DNA from: Neodothiora populina | Lineage: Eukaryota | Assembly: GCF_041146345.1 (NCBI RefSeq) | Contig: NW_027191409.1 | Location: 310,001-374,000, forward strand | DNA length: 64,000 nt | Direction: 5' to 3' | In this document: positions 12,688 to 24,032 of the stretch, one piece after another | Layout of the letters: each line of letters starts with the position of its first letter | Numbering within the stretch: position 1 is the stretch's first letter | Made by a program: the position numbers and the translations under genes | Notes under the pieces: model-generated | What the model saw: only the letters and a program-made list of their open reading frames with translations | What the model was told of the DNA's origin: nothing | Databases searched by the model: none

Positions 12688-12803
12688 TGCATCATCAACA
12701 ACAATTACAGCAGCATCAACGACAACAACAGCAGCAGCAACAGCAACAGAGAGACGTCATTGGGGACTTGTTCAGGAATGCGAAACAGGGGTATACTGCT
12801 TGA
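11535..12803 (+). CDS. DCP1: mRNA decapping enzyme subunit Dcp1 (EVH1 domain) with Q-rich tail
   Basis: RTNEDLNLLVLKRH...WEKCGIEGTLFV...IVLNRKGLDNF...VYGLWIF, the Dcp1 EVH1 signature. Confidence 0.92.
12657..12686 (+). repeat. (CAG)10 polyglutamine-coding repeat in DCP1
   Basis: Ten consecutive CAG codons read directly. Confidence 0.95.
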
Positions 12804-13064
12804 AGCGAACCAATGAGGGCCTGAGAAAGAGAAGACAGGAAGGGTCGATTGATGGATGCACCATGGACGTCGATTCTACTGTTACCTCTTACTCCGATTC
12901 AACCTTCTCCTACTTTCTACTACTAAAACCTCGCCCCTTACCCTGACAATCCCTTCCGTTCCTGGCATCTACACCCACTATATACCATCCGACCAAGAGC
13001 TTTCTAGCAATTATCAACATCAATATCAACAGAAAGTCAACAAGGAACAGGAAAAACCCAAACT

Positions 13065-16000
13065 CTAAACAACAGACCCAGAAACCACATCCCAAGGTCT
13101 GACAGGTCTCGAATCCTCGAGCTCGACAACCCACCACAAACACTCCTTGGCGCGATCCATCTGGCCTGCGAGCTCGTGTGCCCTGGCGAGCGCGAGCCAC
13201 GTCTCCGAGTCGTCCCATCCGGATCCCAGCTTCGACTGCGTGGACAGCAGCATGTGCGCTCTGTCGCGCGCCGCGAGACGGTTCAGCAGGGCCGGAGAAG
13301 GAGGGGCGCCCGTGGGTGCGGTCGAGGATGGACGGCTCGATTGCGGTGGCGTGGAGGAGATGTTGGCGCCGTGGGTTTGGCCGTTGGATGCTGCGACGGC
13401 GGCGGCGGTGTCGTCGCCGTTGGGTTTGTCTGACGGGGTGGAGGGTGAATGTTGTTGTTCTTGTGATTGAGCGGTCGGTTGCTCGGGCATGCCGTATGCG
13501 GAAGGGGGTTCGGGAGTCATATTCTCCTCGTAGATGTCGAGTAGGAGAGCGGAGATGCCGACAGTGGCGACCGGATGGTCTGGATACGACGAAAGCGATT
13601 GTTCGTATAGCGACAAGGCTTCGTGGGGGTGGCCCAGAGCTATTGCTAGGTTCGCACGCTAGATGACAGAAGAAACATTAGCTTGACTTGAGACTTTTAT
13701 TCGACTCGTCCCAATATCACTTACCTTGGCGTGCACATCAGCCCACAGTCTATTCACGCTTTTGCCGCCCCCCCATCCTCGCTCGTCGAACCCACTGGCG
13801 CTGCAGTCCTCTTTTGCGAACTCTTGCAAAAAGACCTCGGTGAGTTTCTCGGCTTCGTCAATGGCGCCCTCTGCATCTTCGTAGAGCTCGCTCCGTGCGT
13901 ACTGTCCTGCAATAAAGAGCCATATGTCGATCAGCAGGGACATCCGGTGACGCCGCGCCTGTGCAGCAGGGAACAGTGACGGCACGGATGTGTAAGAGCT
14001 CGAAGGATGAGGTGCCGGGAGACGAAGGTCTTGTCCTGGCGGTTGGTCTGAATGTCCCAGTGGCGCCGAGTGATGGTCCATGTTGTGGGGTATTTGACGT
14101 AGCGCTTGCTCTGTAGACGCATCCGTACCGTTCTTCTCGCTCAATGTGTTTCTGTTGGTGTTGGTCTGAGGGTTCGAGTCTGTTGCGTTGTGGTGACCAC
14201 GTAGCTTGAAGGGGTGCACAGGAAGGTGCGGGTGGTGATGGTGCTTTTCGGCGGGATGACCGTCCTCGTTGGTTATTTGTATCGAAACCGGAGCGCCTAT
14301 CGTCGATGCCTCCGTGCCGACAACGCTGGGCGCGGCAGGTTTGTCGAATGTGTTCTTCTCGAGGCTTCGTCGGCCACCTCTCCGGCCCATGATACTTCCA
14401 CTGATGCTTTTAATCGTCGAAGCCCTGACGGGTGGAGCAGGGGCCAGAAGTGATGCCGCAGGCTTCTCTGGAGCAGGGGCTGGGTTTGTATTCATCGCGC
14501 CGAAGAGCTTGTGATATAGCGCGAGGAGGCTCGAACTCGCATCCGCCGCAGCCGCTGGGTTCTCGAGAATTTCTACCAACGCAAGTTGCGTAATTCTGAT
14601 TTGTATGAGGCTCTCTTTGACCGAGTCCCCCATATGGTCGATCAGAGCTTGAGTGGTAGGTGTCGCTGGCGGCGAACCTCCTTGCGATGCCTCGCTAGCG
14701 AAGAAGTCCGGTCCGTTCAGCTGCTCGAAAGCCGCTTCCGATATCTTGACTGCGTTGTCATATTCGCCTCTTGCCGTGAGAAGCAGGGAAAGAAGATGCC
14801 AGAGAGGCGCAACTTTCTGCTCATGATCCTGTGCCTCTGGCGCACCAGCAATTGAGTCAGTGTCGCTGTCCCGGCTCTGGGGTGCCGTTGCAAGTGCCTT
14901 CTTGACTACTTGTATCGCCGCAATGTAGTCACGTGTCTCAGCAAGTACGGTAGCCAAAAGCACAGCAGTCTCCGGATCGGAACCAGGAGGTGTGGCCAGC
15001 TCAGCAGATCTTCGGAGTGCGCCGAGTGCTTTGACCTGAAGCTCTTTCCGTTGCGTAGGCTCGTAGGTCAGACGTGCCCAGTTCGACTGGGCTTGACCGA
15101 TGGCGCGGTATGCAGCAGCCGAGGCGGATCGTGAAAGTAGCGACTCTGTGGTTGTCCTCTCCAATGTAGTACTTCCAGAAGAGGAAGGTCTGTTCTGATG
15201 GAGCCAGGTAGTCAAAGTCTTGCTGATACCGAGTGCCTTCTCGGCCTCGGTACGCGAGCCATACTTGCAGAGTAAAGCCATCGCCTGGGTGGCGGTCAAA
15301 ATAACAACATCATCGCTATCGAGGCCTATCTCATGCTCGCCCGTCTTCTCAGCTCTTGACTTTCCTTTGGTGATTATGTCGGAATACGTGTCGAAGGCGC
15401 GCATCGCCAGGTCGAACTCGGCAAGAGATGCATGGACGTTGAACAGACTGCGTAGGATGGGAGTCGAATGGAATGTCTTGGTGGCTGCGCGGTATAGGAT
15501 CTAGACAGTCAGTTCATCAGGACCAAGATAAGCTGCTGGAAAAACTCACATCTAGCATGCTACGACCTACGGCCGCCTTGCCGCCTTCGCCGAGGTCAGC
15601 TTCGCGCCATCGGGAACCGCAGAATATCTGCCAATTGCCGATGGCCTGCTGAACCCAGTTTTCGACTTCATGGTTCGATTGGCTAGCTTTGGGGAAATGG
15701 GTTTCTTGGAGCAGCAGAGTTTCATATGCCATTTCCACACGCTTCATTTCCGTCCTTTGCTGTACGCGAGCACTGGTCAACTGCTCCATGGTCACGTCCT
15801 CGGTTGGGAAGGTCAGGGGTTCCGTTGCACTGGACGAATAGATCAAGCCGGCGGCCAGAATGAAGGAGAGCAGCTTGTAATAACGCGACCAAACCTCCCT
15901 TCGAGGAAGATCGAATTCGGAGTGAGTGTGGACAGTCACGGAGGTTGTTTTTCCAGCCACCTGGTCCCAGTAGTCCGCCCAGTTCCGGTAAGCAACCAAG

Positions 16001-16795
16001 GCGGTGTTGGCTTGTGGCAACGTCGTCGGGCTATCATTTCCGGTCACTAGCAGCGACGCTCTTCCGAGAAGACGTTCGGCCCAGATGCGAAACTCGGTAG
16101 CAGAGGCGACGTTGGCCGGTGGGTTTTGGACAGCTTTGAGCGCGGACTGGTAGGATTGAGCGGCTGCCGAGTCGTCACCTTCTTTTTCGTAGGCAATACC
16201 AAGAAAGTAGCTGTTCTTCAGGATAGCCAGTCTTGTGTTAGGTGAAATGTCGAGCGGGTTCTTGCTATGCTGTCTGAGCTGTTGCCAGACATCGTCGTGC
16301 AGGCCACCGGTGATGGTCTTCCATTCCCCCCTTAGAAAGTAAATCTCATGTAAACAAACGTTGGCCTGGAAAGCATCCTCGAAGTGGGTCTTCTCCTGGT
16401 CCACTGCTTGGATGAGGTTCGGGGTGACATCCAGCAGTGCGGAGAATTGAGAAGAAGTAGAAGACGCGGTAGAGGGTCGATCTCTGGCAGCATTTGCCAC
16501 CGCAGCTTCAGAGTTGGCGGTGAGCGTGAGGCCTGGGGGGGAAGAGAGATGGTTCTTAGTTGCGTGGCAGTAGAGACGGTGGTGTGATAGATGTCAACAT
16601 ACACTTGCGATGCGGCGCGTGTTTGTCGACTTTGCGTGTGAGTTCGGGGATTTCTCCCCATTTGGCATTCAGTCGGGCATTGTCGAGCAGGCCGATGTAG
16701 CGCAGAGCCTTCTCGCTCTCGATTACCTGTGGTCTGGGTCAGTTGTGTCGCAAAGGCAAGTGCGAGGATAACATGTGGCAGGCACTTGCGCTCAT
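13065..16795 (-). CDS. YPP1: TPR-repeat protein Ypp1/TTC7 (filamentation protein Rhf1-like)
   Basis: Five exons with introns 16789-16727 (GC-AG), 16602-16533, 15549-15501 and 13724-13659. Spliced N-terminus MSVIESEKALRYIGLLDNAR; motifs ILYRAATKTFHST and GSGWDDSETWLALARAHE...LWWVVELEDSRPVRPW. Confidence 0.8.
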
Positions 16796-17400
16796 TGCTG
16801 GGGCTGACACCTCTATACAGCGTTTATGTCACTGTAGTGTGTCCCTGAAAGTCCCATAACCTCCTGGGGGTTGGTGAGTTATCCTAGGATACGCTGTAGT
16901 GGACTTTTACAGTGTGCGGTAGAGACGCGGGGATGCTTCTATACAGGTGTTTTCTACCGCAAAGATACTGTAGTCTGCAGTGGACTGGGTACGGTACGGT
17001 AATTAGATCTAGAAGGTACAGTACCTTATTGCAGCATCTGCTCCACCCCGTAATCTTCTCCGTATCTATAACTGTCTCTGCAGCTGCCTGTCCCTTGTGC
17101 TTCACCCTTGTGAGTTTAAATGACATCTTGGCTTGTGATTGCACTTGCCCTTGCACTTGCACTTGCCCTCGGCGCAGTCGAGTCGGGGCCAAGTGAGTGA
17201 CGCCGCTACGAGTACTTGTTGCTCGCTTGTTCTTTCTGTTTTTATGCCTCGCCTGTACCTTGATGCGTGCGGCTCTTGTTGCGTCAATGGTCCGCCTCGT
17301 CATCCGTAAAAAGTTTCATCTCCGTCAATATCACATGAAATTTGTATGTTCACCATAGCTTGATTTTATCTAATTCTCCAAACCATACGACCCGCATAGA

Positions 17401-19776
17401 ATGGCGCCCCAAGCATCGGCAGTCTCTGCCTTACGTGCCATCACATTCCGCATCTCTTCTGCGACCAAGGCAGAATTACCACATGTGGTAGCCTATGTAT
17501 CGCCTTCCCTGGCTTCCTGCAAGGATCTTTTGTCAGAACCAGAGAATCTGAACCAAAAAGACACCGATGCGGCCATTGTTGTGAACCGCTTCAACACTCA
17601 GATCCAAGCCTTACTCCAAGACCGGACCCCAGAAGGCCGCTGGGCCGCTGTTGTACTGGTCAAGGCGGCCATCGAGTCGGGTGGATGGGAGACTCTCCGT
17701 AGATCTATTGGCTGGGTCAGAGGCCTTCTCGCAATCCTCAAGAGGCCCGATCCGCCAATCACTAGATGTCTCTGCATGATTGCCCTCACTCGTATATTCA
17801 TGTTGACATGGGACTATCCTACACTGATCCGCGAGATCACTACCCCCGCCGTGCCTACCTTTGTGTCTACCTGCTTGAACAACCTTGCTACCAGGGCTTA
17901 TTCGCAGGACGAGCTGAGAACCACTCTGGAGACCTTTGCCCATCTTCTTCCGCGCCATCCCACCATTTTCCGTACCAATCAAGATGCAGTCGCAAAATTG
18001 CTGCAGAGTGTCCTTGAAGGATCAGGTAGCAGCACCGGTCCTGCGATCAGGGACTTGGCTCGTCGTGTGTCCGTCCTGCTCCACCAGTGCGAGCCAAAGG
18101 GAGGTGCTGGTGAGAAGTGGGAGAGATCTTTGGTCGCCACTGTCAAGGCGACGCATGTCGTGGCTGACAAGACCTTCATGAGCATCGAAGAGGACTGGCA
18201 GTCTGTCGCAGGCAATCATGTCAACAAGCATGCCCTGAGCAGTCATTACCGCACTTCTCAAGAGTCCAAGGACGCCTCGGATCGTCCTGTCCAGCAATTT
18301 GTCGTGTCAGGCAGCGATGCATTGATCAGCAATCTCCGTCTTCTGACGAGCTACTTCAGTATAGCCACTCCGGCGAATGTCGTTGCTTCTGTAGGCCAGG
18401 TGACTGATCTCTTGACTCGTCTCCTCGCCGTGTCCATCTCCACAAGCGCCTCTAAGACAACAGTCAAGTTCAACAAGGACAGCAGCAGAGAAGAGCGTGA
18501 TGCATTGACCCAAGTGCTCCCCGCCATCCATCTTGCAGCGATTCAGACTCTTGCAGCGATCCTCAAGCGCTACGGCAGCCAGCTCGCGTCGAGCGTGCAC
18601 ACTTTTGTTGACCAGCTCTTATGGGTCTTCAATGCGTCCCCCTCCAACCGTGGCATCAGGACAGCGGTCTACAGAGTCATGACAAGTCTGATCGATCTCT
18701 CGGGTCCAACAATGACCAAGACAACAGTCTCCTCCCTCCGGAAACTCATCGTAGCGTGCTGCGAAGATCTTCTCCCCTCGCAGACCTTGGACAAGCCTGA
18801 CGTCTCGGCGAACACCAACGGCACCAACAACAAGGCCCCCCAGGCAACAATGAACGCCGATTCGTTCCTCAAAACACCCACGTCCAAGACCTCTGCATCG
18901 TCAGCGACAAACGCGTCCTCGGCGATCGTCAAGCAGACGCAGTTCCCAGCTCTCCACTTCGCCGCAGCCGATCTTCTGCCGCGCCTCTTGTGCAAGCTCC
19001 CCTCGAGCCGCATCCCAGTCGCTCTGCGTTCCCTGCTCGACCGCACAGCAGTCCTGACCCGTCACAAGTCGGCAATGACAGCAAGCGCACTGAACCCTCC
19101 CGGGACCCAGACTGGTGCCAAGGGAGCAAACAGCATCTTGCCTCTGCTGGCCAGGGAATACAGCGACGATGCCGCCGTAGAAGCACTGCTGAGACCGCGC
19201 ATGCCCGTCATCGAGACCGGCCGACGAGCAATTGCAGCAGCAGGAGCCATAGACGACGCCATGGCCGGCGAAGAAGACGAAAACGAGCAAAGCGACGAAG
19301 ACAACGACGACGACGACGACGAAGATGAAATGGAAGTCGATTCCGCTGCTGCGTCCAACAACACCACAACCGAAGCTTCAGCGGACGCAGCAGCAGCAGC
19401 AGCAGCAGCAAAAGCGCAGTCGGCCCTCTCATCCGCAATCAACATCTTTACAGACTCGGCCCCAGCCGTCACAGGCACCAAACGACCGCGATCACCCAGC
19501 AACGCAGCCACTACTACTGCTCTCACTACTTCGGCTCCTCCGAACGGGACAGCAGTAGAGAGCGAGAAGAGACTCAAAGCCAGCCCCGCTGATGACGAGG
19601 TGGAGATACCCACTTCTGTAGTCGCGGGCGACACGGTCACGACGTTGCCGTCTGCTCCTGACATTTCTTCTTCTTCTTCTGAGACTAGAGCGAATGCGGT
19701 AGAGGAAAGCGATGATGACGATGACAACTTTGAGATTCCGACGCTTGTTATGGGTGCTGATAGCGATGATGAATAA
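17401..19776 (+). CDS. RIX1: Pre-rRNA processing protein Rix1
   Basis: 791-aa ORF with N-terminal helical domain (EGRWAAVVLVKAAIESGGWE; YPTLIREITTP), conserved LLRPRMPVI and an acidic C-terminus. Confidence 0.88.
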   Translation: MAPQASAVSALRAITFRISSATKAELPHVVAYVSPSLASCKDLLSEPENLNQKDTDAAIVVNRFNTQIQALLQDRTPEGRWAAVVLVKAAIESGGWETLRRSIGWVRGLLAILKRPDPPITRCLCMIALTRIFMLTWDYPTLIREITTPAVPTFVSTCLNNLATRAYSQDELRTTLETFAHLLPRHPTIFRTNQDAVAKLLQSVLEGSGSSTGPAIRDLARRVSVLLHQCEPKGGAGEKWERSLVATVKATHVVADKTFMSIEEDWQSVAGNHVNKHALSSHYRTSQESKDASDRPVQQFVVSGSDALISNLRLLTSYFSIATPANVVASVGQVTDLLTRLLAVSISTSASKTTVKFNKDSSREERDALTQVLPAIHLAAIQTLAAILKRYGSQLASSVHTFVDQLLWVFNASPSNRGIRTAVYRVMTSLIDLSGPTMTKTTVSSLRKLIVACCEDLLPSQTLDKPDVSANTNGTNNKAPQATMNADSFLKTPTSKTSASSATNASSAIVKQTQFPALHFAAADLLPRLLCKLPSSRIPVALRSLLDRTAVLTRHKSAMTASALNPPGTQTGAKGANSILPLLAREYSDDAAVEALLRPRMPVIETGRRAIAAAGAIDDAMAGEEDENEQSDEDNDDDDDEDEMEVDSAAASNNTTTEASADAAAAAAAAKAQSALSSAINIFTDSAPAVTGTKRPRSPSNAATTTALTTSAPPNGTAVESEKRLKASPADDEVEIPTSVVAGDTVTTLPSAPDISSSSSETRANAVEESDDDDDNFEIPTLVMGADSDDE

Positions 19777-20125
19777 GCATGTATGGGATCGGATGGCATG
19801 AGTGAATAGATGATCGGCGGCGGTTCGCTATGGATGGTCATGTGATGTCACACAAATCCTCGGGTTCATTTTAGATGCAAAGAGAGAGAAAGCGAGAGAA
19901 ATAGATATCGCTTGATGTTGTTCGATCACAAAGACTCCTCGCTACCCATATATGCACTTGAATCTCGTTTCCCATGCTGATGGGAAATAGCATTTCTCCA
20001 TATTCCCGTCGATCCGTTTCTCGTCCATCCATTCGCTTCTCCGATTATGATGATTTTACGTCAGAAGCACGTGTCTCATATCATAGAACGATGATAGAAA
20101 GTAAAATAAAGCGATGAAAAGAGTA

Positions 20126-21405
20126 TCACTTCGCTCCATGATCCATGAGTTCACAGCCGTTCCTGACGACTCCGACGAGCCCACCGGTCTGGATATTCTC
20201 GGAGCCACCCCCAGACAATCTGTGCTCTATATCCGCCAGCCCGTCGAGCCACAGCACGCGGGTCTGCGCGGGCACATCGAGAGTGGCCAGTTCTTCGCCT
20301 AGCGCGGTCAATATATCTGCCAGCGCGAGGCCTTTGTTGACCTTGAGGGCGTTGATGGTCGCCAGACACGATGTGACGTCTGGCGTTGATAGCAGGGTGT
20401 CTCGGATCGTTGCGATGTCTGCGGGGTGGGGAGCGGCGATGCAGTCGAAGATTGTCTCTTGGGTTATGAGGTCGCGTTCGATGGTCTTGTTTTCGGCCGA
20501 GGTGGGTCCCGGGTCGCCTGGGAGACGCAGGGGAGTGGAGGAGGCGTGGCAGGCTTGGAGGACGTTGAGGGCGCGCCGCATGTCGCCTTTTGAGAGCGTG
20601 ACTAGTGAGTCGACCGCGTCTGGGGCGATGTTGACGGATTCCTTCTCGATGACAATGTCTACCAGGCGACGGATGTCTTTTTCTTTCAGTGGTGAGAAGC
20701 GGAATCGGGTGCATCTTGACAGGAGGGCTGGCGACAGCTTGTGGGTGTAGTTTGCTATGATGCAGAAACGGGTGTTTGCGGTGTATTTCTCCATGATGCG
20801 ACGGAGGGCCATCTGGGCGGTCGATGTCATTGCGTCTGCTTCGTCGAGGATGATGAGCTTGAAGCCTGTGAGAGAGCCACCTGCGCCATTGTCGACGCCG
20901 TCTGGGTTCTTGGGTGTAAAGGATGAGAAGATTTGTTTTGTGCTGGAAAAGGTCTTGATCTGGTCGCGCACGACGTCGATACCACGGTCATCAGAGGCGT
21001 TGAGCTCCAGGACCATTTGTCGCATGTTCTTGTTTCCGTAGATGCGGCGGGCGAGCGCGAGGACGGTGGATGTTTTGCCAGTGCCGGGAGGACCATAGAG
21101 GAGAAGATGAGGCAGGCGATTGGCGTCGACGAATTTGTTGATTGTAGACAGGATGTCTTGGTGACCCGATACGTCTGCCAGAGTACTCGGCCGATACTTT
21201 TCTACCCTGATTGGTTCTGGTCAGCCTCTCTGCCTTTGAAATGAGGAAAGAGCAGCGTGTGAACTCACCAAGGTAGTGAGTCTTCTGCCTCCACCGGTAG
21301 ATTCGCAGCACTCCTCTTGCCCTTTTCGTTCTTGTTGGAAGAGAACTGAATGGATGGCGGGGCGGCGGGACCGTCGACGTCCATCTCGTCCTCGTGGTCT
21401 GACAT
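20126..21405 (-). CDS. RFC3: Replication factor C small subunit (yeast Rfc3 / human RFC5)
   Basis: LPW|VEKYRP across intron 21268-21207; Walker A GPPGTGKT; LELNASDDRGID; DEAD; SRC motif. Confidence 0.95.
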
Positions 21406-21585
21406 CTCGGGTGATGGCGATGCCAAAAGTGGATGCAGTGTTTGCTTTGTTATCTATTCTTGTTCGGGGATCGAAAGGATTTCGCGGTAGTGTCGCCGGC
21501 ACTCTACAGCAATTGACCAGATGCAGTATTATTCGGCCAAGGATAGTGTAGTTTGTGCAGCTTTGCTTTAGCAAGGAACAAGAAA

Positions 21586-21657
21586 GACGCGCCTCTGGCT
21601 CGGACGCGACTCGCACGCATCATTCATCGCGAAATTGTCGGGTCGTTCATCGCGTAA
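21586..21657. promoter_or_regulatory. Cluster of MCB/SCB-like CGCG elements in the RFC3/GCD10 divergent promoter
   Basis: ACGCG at 21587 and 21604, CGCGAAA at 21628, CGCGTAA at 21651. Fits G1/S (MBF/SBF-type) control of a replication gene. Confidence 0.5.
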
Positions 21658-21928
21658 AGTACTTTATGGCTTGGCGATTACCGATTACCCCACGGATTCT
21701 GCCAGATCTTATCTGAAAGATCTTATCACGATCGATAGATCCATCTCCCAACTTGAACAAAATCGAAATTTATATCCATCCATGAGAACCGAATATCATA
21801 CATACTGTGTTGTCATTCTCCAACCCCATTGAGTGCGATCGCACATCTGTCCGTTGTTCTCTTGTCTCAGCTGTTGCTGCTCTTGTCCGTGATAAAGTGG
21901 TAGTATATATCGAGACACGGCCAGCAAG

Positions 21929-23766
21929 ATGCATACCTACATAAAACCCGGCACTCACATCATCCTGCGCCTGCCGTCGGGGGCGATGAAGATCGTCGAG
22001 GCCATTCCGAACACGTACGTTTGACTCAGACTCGGCATCAGTGAGCTCCCACTCCCTGCCTGGCTCCGTCTTCCGACATGGCTGACACGACGCTCTCAAT
22101 CAGAACAATATCAATAAGCAAATTCGGTTCTGTCCCTGTCAATCTCCTCCTGGGTCGCCCTTACTTCCGCACCTTCGAGATCGCCGACAAGACCACCGAC
22201 GGTGATGCGCCCCGACTACGAGTGGTCCCGACATCAGAGCTCAACGCAGAGGTCCTCGCGGAAGATGCTCCCGACGCAGAGACAGCCGAGGAGAAGACGG
22301 AGCCCGCGGAGGGATTCGACATTGTCGCCGACGATGGCTCCGTGCTCATGAAGAACAACCGTCTGACCGTCGACGATGCGTCTCGCCAGACGTTGACCAT
22401 GCAAGAAATCGAAGAGCTGAAGAAGGCCGGAACTGGCTCTGGCAAGGAAATCATCGAGATGATCATGAAGTCGCACGCCAACTTGGACGAAAAGACCAAG
22501 TTCTCCCTCGCCAAATACACCCTGCGCAAGACGAAGAAGTACATGCGCCGCTTTACTGTCCTGCCTGTCGATGTCTCGACGCTTGCCGAATACATGGTTT
22601 TGGAAAAGGAGGCCAGCAGGATCATGGAGCTCAGAGAAGAGTGCATTGGCCTGATCGGCAGCTGGGCACATGCACATTACGGCGGTGCTTCTCAGCTTCA
22701 TCAATCGACAGAAGGCACGAGAGTCGGCGGCGGAAGAGTTCTGGTTGTGGACGAGACCGGTGGTCTGGTCCTTGCATCTTTGGCCGAGAAAATGGACCTG
22801 TTGTACGAGCCTGAGGGACAAGAAAATGAAGACGAGGCAGCACAAGCCCAGGACTCATCTACCAACGGTACAACCACCCATCCTCAAGCCGCCGATGATG
22901 ACACCAGCATGCAAGATGTCACAGCCAGCACCGGCGCCGCCGAACATGTCCCCGAAGAATCAGTCCCTACAACCGAAGCAGAAAGACAGCGACAGGGCCA
23001 CCCCAAGCGCAAGAAGCCAGCGCACCGTCACAAAGGCAACCTCGCCACGACAAACACCATCCATCTGATCCACGCAAACGCTCAACCCAACATCTCCATG
23101 TTGAAATACTTTGGCTACGACCCCAACAACCCCACCCCGAACCACCCTCTCCACAACCACCTGAAGCCTCTGTCATGGCTACAGCTCCTCGATCCCGCCG
23201 CAGACGCCACATACGAAGAACCCGAGAAAGTAGACCCGCAAGTGCTAGAAACGTGGAAATCAGGCAAGCGAGGCGCCTACTACAAGAAACGCAGAAGATG
23301 GGAGCGATGCAAGTCGATTGTCGACGAGACGCGCGAAGGCGGCTTCGACAGCCTCGTCGTCGCCTCGGCCATGGAGCCCGCCACCATCCTCAAGCACGCC
23401 GTGCCCTTGTTGCGTGGAGCCGCCCACGTCGTCATCTACAGCCCGACCATCGAGCCCCTGACCGAACTCATGGACTTGTACTCCCGCGACCGAAAAGCAG
23501 CATATATCGCACACCTGGCTGACGAGTCTACGACGGATCCGCCGCCGGAGGAAGATTTCCCCGTCGACCCGAGACTGCTGCTAGCGCCCACCCTGCAGAC
23601 GTCGAAAGTACGGCAGTGGCAGGTTCTGCCCGGTCGCACGCATCCCATGATGACGGGCAGGGGTGGTGCTGAAGGCTACATCTTCACTGCTCGCAAGGTC
23701 GTGCCCGTCGAAGGAAAGATCGAGGCGAGGGGCAAGTTCTCCAAGAAGAGGAAGCTGAACGCTTGA
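21929..23766 (+). CDS. GCD10: tRNA m1A58 methyltransferase non-catalytic subunit Trm6/Gcd10
   Basis: Exon 1 MHTYIKPGTHIILRLPSG, intron 22015-22103. Motifs QTLTMQEIEELKK, KTKFSLAKYTLRKTKKY and WQVLPGRTHPMMTGRGGAEGY. Confidence 0.93.
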
Positions 23767-24032
23767 GCTTTTGGCGTCTTGTCTGGCTGAGGCTGGGCGT
23801 TTCCGAGCCTTTGGAGAAAGGGGGCAAAGGTGCAGAGACGTATCGTGTAGATGTGCATTTGAATCATGTGCATACTTGGACTTCCTCCTCGGAACACCTG
23901 CCATTGGATATGTACCTTCTGTATCACCTCAAATCAACAGACCCTCAAAGGGCTCCCTCTACCGCTCAGCCTCTCAGACCATCCCTGAGTACCAGCCACC
24001 CACTCCCCCAGACCCATATGGCTCGCACACAT

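Noticed and set aside
19062..19841. 259-aa antisense ORF over RIX1, and similar antisense ORFs over RFC3, GCD10, GAL83, EPL1 and LTV1
   Set aside because: Shadow ORFs expected from GC-rich codon bias, with low-complexity translations and no recognisable motifs.
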